A stretch of DNA of 42,663 nt, from the IMG/VR virus record IMGVR_UViG_3300045988_096562. One strand, written 5' to 3'. Every line of letters begins with the position of its first letter. The first letter of the stretch is position 1. Position numbers and translations under genes: made by a program. This DNA comes from a virus. This document shows positions 1 to 5,735 of the stretch, in pieces. The notes below the pieces were generated by a model. The model saw only the letters and a program-made list of their open reading frames with translations, had not been told where the DNA came from and ran no database searches.

Positions 1-119
1 CAATTAAGTTAGATAATTGCTGTATTTATTGATTTTGTGTGTGCCTTTTAAATGCCACGCCATCTTGAGGGGGTGGTGAGCTAACGCTCGTGCGGGTTCA
101 AGTCCCGCCAACCGCACCA
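1..119. repeat. Terminal direct repeat, copy 1 (identical to 42545..42663)
   Basis: Read directly. Both copies run caattaagttagataattgc...ggttcaagtcccgccaaccgcacca and coincide exactly with the window ends. This implies a circular or terminally redundant unit of 42,544 bp. Confidence 0.95.
54..119 (+). tRNA. 3' partial tRNA-Leu(GAG)-like fragment; probable attP core
   Basis: Anticodon stem ccatc/ggtgg (60-64/72-76) with loop ttGAGgg (U33, G37). Long variable arm gagc-taac-gctc (78-89). T arm gcggg-ttcaagt-cccgc (92-108). Acceptor 3' strand caaccgc, discriminator A and CCA (109-119). No matching 5' acceptor strand (gcggttg) and no D-loop lie upstream, so it is only a fragment. Confidence 0.6.
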
Positions 120-129
120 AGCTAACAAA

Positions 130-168
130 ATAAGGGCTTATAGGTAATTCTATAAGCCCTTATTTTTG
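130..168 (+). terminator. Intrinsic terminator just after the tRNA-like end, possibly bidirectional
   Basis: 13-bp stem ataagggcttata/tataagcccttat with an 8-nt loop, followed by tttt on the + strand. The - strand reading is also followed by a T-rich run, so it could also terminate int. Confidence 0.7.
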
Positions 169-214
169 TTTGACATCATAAAATCTTGCGTGGTTTGACA
201 TCATTTTGACATCA
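168..214 (+). promoter_or_regulatory. Three direct copies of TTGACATCA (170-178, 195-203, 206-214); candidate integrase arm-type sites (P' arm)
   Basis: Exact 9-mer repeated. The 21-nt tandem unit tttgacatcattttgacatca (194-214) recurs at 42483-42503 on the other side of the core. The last copy overlaps the int stop codon. Confidence 0.55.
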
Positions 215-1285
215 GAATATTTTAGAGATACGTTCTACGATGTCATCTTCCATTTTAGGAGTGACGTGTGAGTAGGTATCCATTGTTTCTTGAAATGAAG
301 CATGTCCTAGACGTTCCTGTATGGCTTTCATATTTGCCCCGTTTTCGATGAGGAGTGTGGCGTGGGTGTGTCTGGTCCCATGCATGGTAAAAGTTGGCTT
401 ACCGATTAAATTGGCGTACTTCTTACATAACTTGCTGACTTCATCAGGGCAGCGAGGAGCGCCTTTAATGCCTGGGAATACCAGATCATTATTAATCCAG
501 TTCATTGTCTTAATTCTGCGTTTATCTATGACTATTTTATGCTTCATAAGTTCCTGAAGTGTATCCGTATCAATGGCTATTATCCGTTTTGATGATGTAG
601 TTTTAGTTGTATTTGATATAACTGCAGTTGATCCGATTTTGAGTGCTGTTTGTGAAATGGATATGGTAGATTTCTTAAAGTCGATATCAGACCATCTTAG
701 GCCTAATAATTCAGATCGTCGCATGCCGGTTGCAAATGCTAATTTAAATAATGCATGGTGTTCGGAATTTGATATATTTGATAGAAAATTCTTAACCTCA
801 TCTGCAGATAGCGTTACCATATGACGAACTTTAACCTGCTTTGGCCTATCTAGGTTACGCATATAATTTTTGGGGATGATATCATCCTTTACAGCCTGTT
901 CTAATATCGAGCTCAGTATTGTCATGGTGTAGGAGATGGTTCTTGATGATAATCCGTCCATCGACTCAAAGACATACCGTAATGTATTTGGTTTAATCTC
1001 AGCTAGCTTTACATTGCCAATTTTGTTTCTAATATAACGATTAATAATCCCTGTATAACTTTGATAGGTGGCTGGTGTTATAGTCTTTTCCTTTAGATTC
1101 AACCATATATTAATCCAGGTGTTTAATGAGATAGTGTCATCAAAATTGGCACATGATTGATTAGCATTTACGTATTTCTCCATAGCTTCCGTAGCAGCTT
1201 TTTTTGTGCTGCCATAAAAGTATTTACGCTTGCCGTTTATCACCTTTGATACCTGGTAGCGTCCATCAGCTCGTTTTTTAGCCAT
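212..1285 (-). CDS. int: Tyrosine site-specific integrase
   Basis: 357 aa. The N-terminus AKKRADGRYQV...GKRKYFYG looks like an arm-binding domain. Catalytic signature: ATGMRRSELLGLRW (Arg), HGTRHTHATLL (H-x-x-R), LGHASFQETMDTYSHV (His/Tyr). AGGAGG RBS. Adjacent to the att region. Confidence 0.95.
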   Translation of the reverse strand: MAKKRADGRYQVSKVINGKRKYFYGSTKKAATEAMEKYVNANQSCANFDDTISLNTWINIWLNLKEKTITPATYQSYTGIINRYIRNKIGNVKLAEIKPNTLRYVFESMDGLSSRTISYTMTILSSILEQAVKDDIIPKNYMRNLDRPKQVKVRHMVTLSADEVKNFLSNISNSEHHALFKLAFATGMRRSELLGLRWSDIDFKKSTISISQTALKIGSTAVISNTTKTTSSKRIIAIDTDTLQELMKHKIVIDKRRIKTMNWINNDLVFPGIKGAPRCPDEVSKLCKKYANLIGKPTFTMHGTRHTHATLLIENGANMKAIQERLGHASFQETMDTYSHVTPKMEDDIVERISKIF

Positions 1286-1343
1286 AAAAATAACCTCCTT
1301 GGCTTAAATTTGAGTATAAGAAATAAGCCTTAGAGGATTTATG

Positions 1344-1352
1344 TGATATAAT
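1344..1352 (+). promoter_or_regulatory. Perfect extended -10 element TGaTATAAT on the + strand
   Basis: tgatataat read directly, about 60 nt upstream of a +-oriented intrinsic terminator. No good -35. The region is AT-rich, so it could be fortuitous, or it could overlap the leftward int promoter. Confidence 0.3.
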
Positions 1353-1408
1353 AATATTGGAGTAAAAATGAAATACCTTTTCTCTAAGGCTAGGTATGTA
1401 GTTTTTAG

Positions 1409-1441
1409 AAGCCCTCATTTCGGTGAGGGCTTATTTTTTTT
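1409..1441 (+). terminator. Intrinsic terminator with + strand polarity
   Basis: Stem aagccctca/tgagggctt, loop tttcgg, then an 8-9 T run on the + strand. On the - strand the hairpin is followed by ctaaaaac, so it is a poor terminator for the leftward genes. Confidence 0.6.
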
Positions 1442-2723
1442 AATCTTCAGGTGTATAGCTATCAAAAATAAAATCTATAGTTGCTCGGATCGGAGGCTTA
1501 GCACCTTTTATTTTTATTAATTTATACGCTTTAATACCTGTATTACAAATAGGAGTTGCTAATAAAGCAACTAAAAAACTATGGGTGGCGGTTTCTGCTT
1601 CAGTAAAATCCAATACAACCGTTTTACCTTCAGCTAAAGCTGGTAGGATACGTTTATCTCTTTGCTTTATAGCCTCATATTTCACCTCACAATGTTTTCC
1701 AAAATAGTTATACATATCAATAACAATTTCTTTTGAAGCATCTATATTTTTGCGAGCATCAACTTCAGCCTTTGCCTTTTGTCGCAATCTTTCAAGTTCA
1801 TCATTGATATCAAATGTTTTAAATTTATCAAATCCAATGGTCATATAAACAAACGTACCTGGCCAGGGTTGCCGAAGTGTATTTGATGTTATATCTGTTG
1901 GTGATATATGTAACAAGCCTTGACCTGAAACAATATACATATCTGCTTCTAAGGTTTTCCCTATGTTAGAAGATAGATATAACCCCATCCCGGCGTTATT
2001 TTGGCCTTCATAAGGCCGTTTAGGTGCACCAAATGTTCCTGAAATTTCGGGCTTAATGGCATACTCTAAGGCTGTCATATCAGAAGTAAATACAGAGTAT
2101 GTTTTTTCTAAATGCTTTTTTACGCCAATACCTAAGTCGGCGATTATGAATGATAACTGCCCTTTGTTTTTATACCAATTAAATTGTAATAGGGAGGGGA
2201 TAGTAGGGTTGTAGCCGTGCTCTAAGGTGTTATAGAGTAGTTCGGATACAATGTATCTCAAAGTGCCTTCATGCCCAGAAATTAAGTCCATATCAATTTG
2301 TGTAGTATAGTCCAAAATTTTATCTAATGCAGACGGGATATCTGTTGACTGATTCCGAATAGCAAACATTGGTTTATCATAAATAAAACGGAAGTTTTCT
2401 GTGCTATTTTCAAAAACATTGTAGCAACCAGGAGCCCCTAAACGGTACCACATTTGTCCAAGAGTAGATTGTTTATTACAATAAATTTTGACATAACAAC
2501 CTTTTGATTTTAAAAACCAGATATATAATATTAAGAGTGATAAAGCTTGATAATTAGCATTAACACAATTACTACCGTCAATTATTAAGCTATCGCCATC
2601 GTAAGACCAATCAAAAATAGAAAGATATGAATTAAAATCGACTAAATTTCTGTTCTTAAACGATAAAGTAGTTGGTAATTTTAAAATTCGATTTTTTCTT
2701 TTAGTGTAAATAATTTTTGACAT
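1440..2723 (-). CDS. GHKL (histidine-kinase/RsbW-like) ATPase flanked by STAS-like domains; function unknown, prophage cargo
   Basis: 427 aa. N box ELLYNTLEHG (nt 2214-2243), G1 box DLGIG (2124-2138), G2 box GMGL (1980-1991). N-terminal segment SLIIDGSNCVNANYQALSLLILYIWFLKSKGCYVKIY resembles STAS. After a coiled-coil linker, the C-terminal segment GKTVVLDFTEAETATHSFLVALL resembles the STAS-like DUF4325 family. Confidence 0.7.
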   Translation of the reverse strand: MSKIIYTKRKNRILKLPTTLSFKNRNLVDFNSYLSIFDWSYDGDSLIIDGSNCVNANYQALSLLILYIWFLKSKGCYVKIYCNKQSTLGQMWYRLGAPGCYNVFENSTENFRFIYDKPMFAIRNQSTDIPSALDKILDYTTQIDMDLISGHEGTLRYIVSELLYNTLEHGYNPTIPSLLQFNWYKNKGQLSFIIADLGIGVKKHLEKTYSVFTSDMTALEYAIKPEISGTFGAPKRPYEGQNNAGMGLYLSSNIGKTLEADMYIVSGQGLLHISPTDITSNTLRQPWPGTFVYMTIGFDKFKTFDINDELERLRQKAKAEVDARKNIDASKEIVIDMYNYFGKHCEVKYEAIKQRDKRILPALAEGKTVVLDFTEAETATHSFLVALLATPICNTGIKAYKLIKIKGAKPPIRATIDFIFDSYTPED

Positions 2724-2736
2724 TTTACGTACCTAT

Positions 2737-2765
2737 TTGATATACTAAACATATAAATTTATATA
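2737..2765 (+). promoter_or_regulatory. Candidate sigma70-type promoter TTGATA-17 nt-TATATA on the + strand
   Basis: Hexamers at 2737-2742 and 2760-2765 with a 17-nt spacer, about 80 nt upstream of a strong +-oriented terminator. The context is AT-rich, so the call is tentative. Confidence 0.3.
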
Positions 2766-2844
2766 AATGCTTAGAGACACAACATGAGTATCTTACTCGT
2801 CTCGTAGAATCGAAAGGAAATATTAAGATTTTTTCCCTTATATT

Positions 2845-2877
2845 GACCCTTGCGTATACGCAAGGGTCTTTTTCTTT
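2845..2877 (+). terminator. Strong intrinsic terminator with + strand polarity
   Basis: Perfect palindrome gacccttgcgta/tacgcaagggtc followed by tttttcttt on the + strand. The - strand reading is followed by aatataagg, with no U tract. Confidence 0.7.
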
Positions 2878-2907
2878 GTAATTACACCGCCTAACAAATC
2901 TTGGGCG

Positions 2908-3474
2908 CTATAAATTACTAACAGCGACCGAATCTACTGTGCCTGTATCTGCGAGTATCTTAACAAAGAACGTGCCTTTGATCATTGCGCCAAATTCGTT
3001 CTGTGCGTCGACAGTGCCCCGGACAGTAACACTGTTCTTATAACGGGTAACTTGCTTTATATCAAATTTAGCAGTAGAAGGGGCTTTTAATTTGGATAAT
3101 ACGGCCTCTTTAGCAGCAGCTTGATATTCTCCTTGTTGCTGATTGCTTATATACACATCGTCAATAGTATCTAGTTTTTCGCCATTTTTGTAGACTGTCG
3201 AAAAGCTGTTTTCGATTTCACTAACTTTATTATTTTTGATGCGGAAGAAAGTTTGACCGTATTTTTCATCAACTATATAATATACATCTTTTTGTCCAGC
3301 AGCCTTATTCACTTTACCGAAATCAGTGACCCCGACACTTTGTAAATCGGTAAACGCTTGTTGAGCCTGTTCTTTTGTGAGTCCTGTAGCATCCTTGATA
3401 TTATCGACAGGACCTCCGCAACCTGTAATGCACAAAGTAGCTAATAGAACCCCGGCTACTATCACTTTTTTCAT
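2908..3474 (-). CDS. Lipoprotein (candidate superinfection-exclusion or surface-modifying moron)
   Basis: 188 aa. The signal peptide MKKVIVAGVLLATLCITGCGG has a lipobox (L-C-I-T-G-C). AGGGAG-type RBS. It sits in the lysogeny operon between the ImmA-like gene and the GHKL gene. Confidence 0.8.
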   Translation of the reverse strand: MKKVIVAGVLLATLCITGCGGPVDNIKDATGLTKEQAQQAFTDLQSVGVTDFGKVNKAAGQKDVYYIVDEKYGQTFFRIKNNKVSEIENSFSTVYKNGEKLDTIDDVYISNQQQGEYQAAAKEAVLSKLKAPSTAKFDIKQVTRYKNSVTVRGTVDAQNEFGAMIKGTFFVKILADTGTVDSVAVSNL

Positions 3475-3499
3475 TTTTAATCTCCCTTTATATATTCCC

Positions 3500-3775
3500 T
3501 TATAACGCTGATAAATAATGATGGTAAAAAGCTATATTTTCCAATTCAGAGTCGTCAACGTGAGACCTACGGACCATCTGTTCAATAAGATCAACGTGTT
3601 TGTCCAAGTAAAAGTCATCATTAATAATATGAATTAGTTCATGCTTAATTTCCTCCCTCATGCGATCATGGGGGAGATTTTTATTTATGTAGATATTATG
3701 GGTATCTACATCTTCACATTCCTCCGACACAGCGTTGGCATGTGGTAAATCACAGTAAATTACATTAACTACCAA
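3500..3775 (-). CDS. Short ImmA/IrrE-like zinc metalloprotease
   Basis: 91 aa with an HEXXH motif (IKHELIHII). It lies immediately downstream of an XRE repressor, as in ImmR/ImmA pairs. TTG start with a GGGAG RBS. Confidence 0.7.
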   Translation of the reverse strand: MVVNVIYCDLPHANAVSEECEDVDTHNIYINKNLPHDRMREEIKHELIHIINDDFYLDKHVDLIEQMVRRSHVDDSELENIAFYHHYLSAL

Positions 3776-3796
3776 ATTAACACTCTCCCTTATATA

Positions 3797-4183
3797 CTAT
3801 TTATTTTTTAATTTTAATAGTTCTATATATTCAACTGCTTTCTCCATATCCTCCTTACTAATATCTTTTGCTGCAGAAAATAGCATACGGGCTCCTGGGC
3901 GTGTGCGCAAGTACTCAGCAAATTCAGCAGCTTCTTTATCTAGGTAATATTCCTCTTCGGTTTTATCTTGCCTTTCTACTAATTCCGATTTTGGCACGTG
4001 AAAATAGTTTGCCATCATTTCAATTTTATCTATTCTTGGGTATGTATTACCTTTCAACCAATCTGTTAAAGTAGTGTATTTAAACCCTAAATCAGCACAT
4101 AATTTATTTCTGTCTATTCCGCGGCTATCCATTAGCCTTTGGAGATTTTGCGCCATAATTTCCTTATTGCCTAAATCACTCAT
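3797..4183 (-). CDS. XRE-family HTH repressor (CI/ImmR-like)
   Basis: 128 aa. The HTH LQRLMDSRGIDRNKLCADLGFKYTTLTDWLKG is followed by a C-terminal extension. It is divergent from a Cro-like gene across an operator-rich spacer. Confidence 0.9.
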   Translation of the reverse strand: MSDLGNKEIMAQNLQRLMDSRGIDRNKLCADLGFKYTTLTDWLKGNTYPRIDKIEMMANYFHVPKSELVERQDKTEEEYYLDKEAAEFAEYLRTRPGARMLFSAAKDISKEDMEKAVEYIELLKLKNK

Positions 4184-4236
4184 CTCAAATTTCCTCTCTA
4201 TAATAAATTCATAATAATTAATAACATAATACGATA

Positions 4237-4323
4237 TTTCCGTAATAAATTCAATATTTAAACTAAAAATTTACGATATTTTACGGAAATTTAATAGACA
4301 TTACGGTAAAACCGTAGTATACT
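4237..4323. promoter_or_regulatory. Immunity switch region: TTACGG-type operators and a rightward promoter
   Basis: Palindrome ttacggtAAAaccgta at 4301-4316 fills the spacer between -35 TAGACA (4295-4300) and -10 TATACT (4318-4323). Inverted half-sites tttccgtaa (4237-4245) and ttacggaaa (4281-4289) lie upstream, plus a degenerate ttacgatat (4271-4279). Confidence 0.65.
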
Positions 4324-4367
4324 CTAGTCATGATAATAAGTGATGTTAATAAGAAAGGAGGTAATTT

Positions 4368-4556
4368 ATGAAGTATACACTTAGAATGCTCCGCGCATCC
4401 AAGTCTTGGACACAAGCACAGGCTGCAAAAGAAATAGGCGTATCTACTGAGACTTGGGGAAATTGGGAGCGTAAGCGATCTTATCCAGATGTGCCAAATA
4501 TATCTAAGATAGAACAGGTATTCAATGTCGCTTATGATGATATTATTTTTTTATAG
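4368..4556 (+). CDS. Cro-like XRE-family HTH regulator
   Basis: 62 aa. HTH WTQAQAAKEIGVSTETWGNWERKRSYP. AAGGAGG RBS. Divergent from the repressor. Confidence 0.9.
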   Translation: MKYTLRMLRASKSWTQAQAAKEIGVSTETWGNWERKRSYPDVPNISKIEQVFNVAYDDIIFL

Positions 4557-4569
4557 CTTATTACGGTTT

Positions 4570-4586
4570 TACCGTAAATTATTTGA
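4570..4586. promoter_or_regulatory. Third operator-like palindrome TTACGGT-TTT-ACCGTAA downstream of cro
   Basis: A perfect 7+7 inverted repeat with the same half-site as the operator at 4301-4316, about 270 bp away. Confidence 0.55.
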
Positions 4587-4683
4587 ATGAAAGGGGAAAT
4601 ATGTACAACAAAAGAACTGCTGTTATTAATACAGTGATAAGTACCACATAACAAATCTTAGAAATTGTAAAGCTTATAGCTGA

Positions 4684-4716
4684 ATTAGAAAAAGAGCACA
4701 CATGTGAGTGCACTCT
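4684..4716 (-). terminator. Intrinsic terminator for the leftward small gene 4736..4945
   Basis: On the - strand, agagtgcac/gtgtgctct form a 9-bp stem with two G.U pairs that would be A.C mismatches on the + strand. A ttttct run follows. Confidence 0.6.
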
Positions 4717-4735
4717 TAATTTTGAATTCAAATAA

Positions 4736-4945
4736 TTACTTTTCAAAAGTAATGTATAAAATATCATCGGCTTGGAACAGATGTATCGTATTACCAACAA
4801 AAGTGTATTGAGTTTGATATAGTTTGAAGCTTTCAAAATCAGTGATGTCAGCCTGGTCTAGGTAATTCGACTCATGTTGGCGTATAAGTTTTAGATTTTC
4901 TATTCTGATGTATTCGCCATCTCTTAATTTGATTGTTGCTCGCAT
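4736..4945 (-). CDS. Hypothetical 69-aa protein, an autonomous leftward unit inside the rightward early region
   Basis: GGGAGG RBS 7 nt before the ATG. It has its own extended -10 upstream and its own terminator downstream. No recognisable motif. Confidence 0.7.
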   Translation of the reverse strand: MRATIKLRDGEYIRIENLKLIRQHESNYLDQADITDFESFKLYQTQYTFVGNTIHLFQADDILYITFEK

Positions 4946-4968
4946 ATAATCACCTCCCTTCTAAGGTG

Positions 4969-4976
4969 ATTATACA
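4969..4976 (-). promoter_or_regulatory. Extended -10 TGTATAAT on the - strand driving 4736..4945
   Basis: The reverse complement of attataca reads tgtataat, about 25 nt upstream of the start codon. Confidence 0.45.
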
Positions 4977-5053
4977 AACAATTATTTAAGAATACACAAA
5001 ATATTCATGAAATTTTTATGAACATCTATAAAAGGATATAAAGGAGGATTGTT

Positions 5054-5254
5054 GTGGACAGGAATAAATTATGCATAACAGTCGCTGAGGCCGCCGAATT
5101 AGCAAGCGTTCCTCAAGATGTGATTCGTCAATGGGCCGCTGACTTTGATTTTCCGTCAATGAAGATAGGGGCCCGAGGTGGCAAACGATTGATCCATTTA
5201 GATTCGTTTAATGCATGGCTAGGGAAGCGCTGCCAGGCAAGAATAGGAGAATAG
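5054..5254 (+). CDS. Excisionase-family / MerR-like HTH DNA-binding protein
   Basis: 66 aa, GTG start after AAAGGAGG. ITVAEAAELASVPQDVIRQWAADFDFPSMKIGARGGKRLIHLDSFNAWL matches the excisionase-type winged helix pattern. Confidence 0.7.
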   Translation: MDRNKLCITVAEAAELASVPQDVIRQWAADFDFPSMKIGARGGKRLIHLDSFNAWLGKRCQARIGE

Positions 5255-5256
5255 GT

Positions 5257-5415
5257 ATGAAAATGTTTTTAATTGCACTAGCAGCTTGTATGGTGTTCAT
5301 TTTGGAAGGGTCTGATATTCAAGGATATAACCTTTCAGATGGAGCATTATATTTAAGCTTCATCGCATCACTAATCTTGTTGTTATATACAGCATTTATT
5401 GAAAGGAGTGAATGA
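5257..5415 (+). CDS. Small membrane protein (52 aa, two hydrophobic helices)
   Basis: An internal ATG preceded by AGGAGA is preferred to the 5215 start, which overlaps the previous gene. Sequence MKMFLIALAACMVFIL...LSFIASLILLLYTAF. Confidence 0.55.
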   Translation: MKMFLIALAACMVFILEGSDIQGYNLSDGALYLSFIASLILLLYTAFIERSE

Positions 5416-5416
5416 T

Positions 5417-5509
5417 ATGCAATCCATCATTCAGGCGCTGTTCTTCGTTGCATTGATCATAAGCGTATGTGCATTAATTAGTAGCATATTCGTACTAATG
5501 ATGATTTAG
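5417..5509 (+). CDS. 30-aa hydrophobic peptide (below the ORF-track cutoff)
   Basis: ATG 8 nt after AAAGGAG. MQSIIQALFFVALIISVCALISSIFVLMMI forms one transmembrane helix. It is tightly packed between its neighbours. Confidence 0.45.
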   Translation: MQSIIQALFFVALIISVCALISSIFVLMMI

Positions 5510-5519
5510 TAGGTGCTAC

Positions 5520-5684
5520 ATGAAACGAGTTACATGCGCTAAGTGTGGAGTTAAATTAATTCCATATACTTACAGTTACATTTATGACGAAATAAATCGT
5601 AAGGCAATTAGAGTATGTAAACATTGCCATGATGAACATATTCGCCGTAAAAGTAAAAATGCCCTCACGCACGGCAATGCGTAA
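5520..5684 (+). CDS. 54-aa zinc-ribbon protein (below the ORF-track cutoff)
   Basis: Hand translation gives MKRVTCAKCGVKL...RVCKHCHDEHIRRKSK..., with two CxxC pairs. Confidence 0.5.
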   Translation: MKRVTCAKCGVKLIPYTYSYIYDEINRKAIRVCKHCHDEHIRRKSKNALTHGNA

Positions 5685-5735
5685 AGGGCAAAGATAAAAA
5701 TATCCTATATAAATTATACCAGATAAGGAGATAAA

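Noticed and set aside
1-119. The terminal repeat as attL/attR of an integrated prophage, or as a complete tRNA gene
   Set aside because: Neither copy has a 5' acceptor strand (gcggttg) or a D arm. The non-tRNA 53 nt upstream are identical in both copies, which does not fit a host tRNA junction. I kept it as attP within a circular or redundant assembly.
54-119. A tmRNA (ssrA) 3' end as the integration target
   Set aside because: The acceptor 3' strand is caaccgc-A-CCA. It cannot form the G3.U70 alanine identity pair and lacks the universal ...UCCACCA ending. An anticodon-like arm with GAG and a class II variable arm fit tRNA-Leu better.
321-824. + strand ORFs 321..557 and 573..824 inside the integrase gene
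   Set aside because: They are antisense shadows of a well-supported integrase ORF. They have no RBS and a hydrophobic, low-complexity composition.
4579-4836. 85-aa - strand ORF overlapping the 3' end of 4736..4945
   Set aside because: It runs through the terminator hairpin and the operator palindrome and has no RBS. Its composition is that of AT-rich noise.
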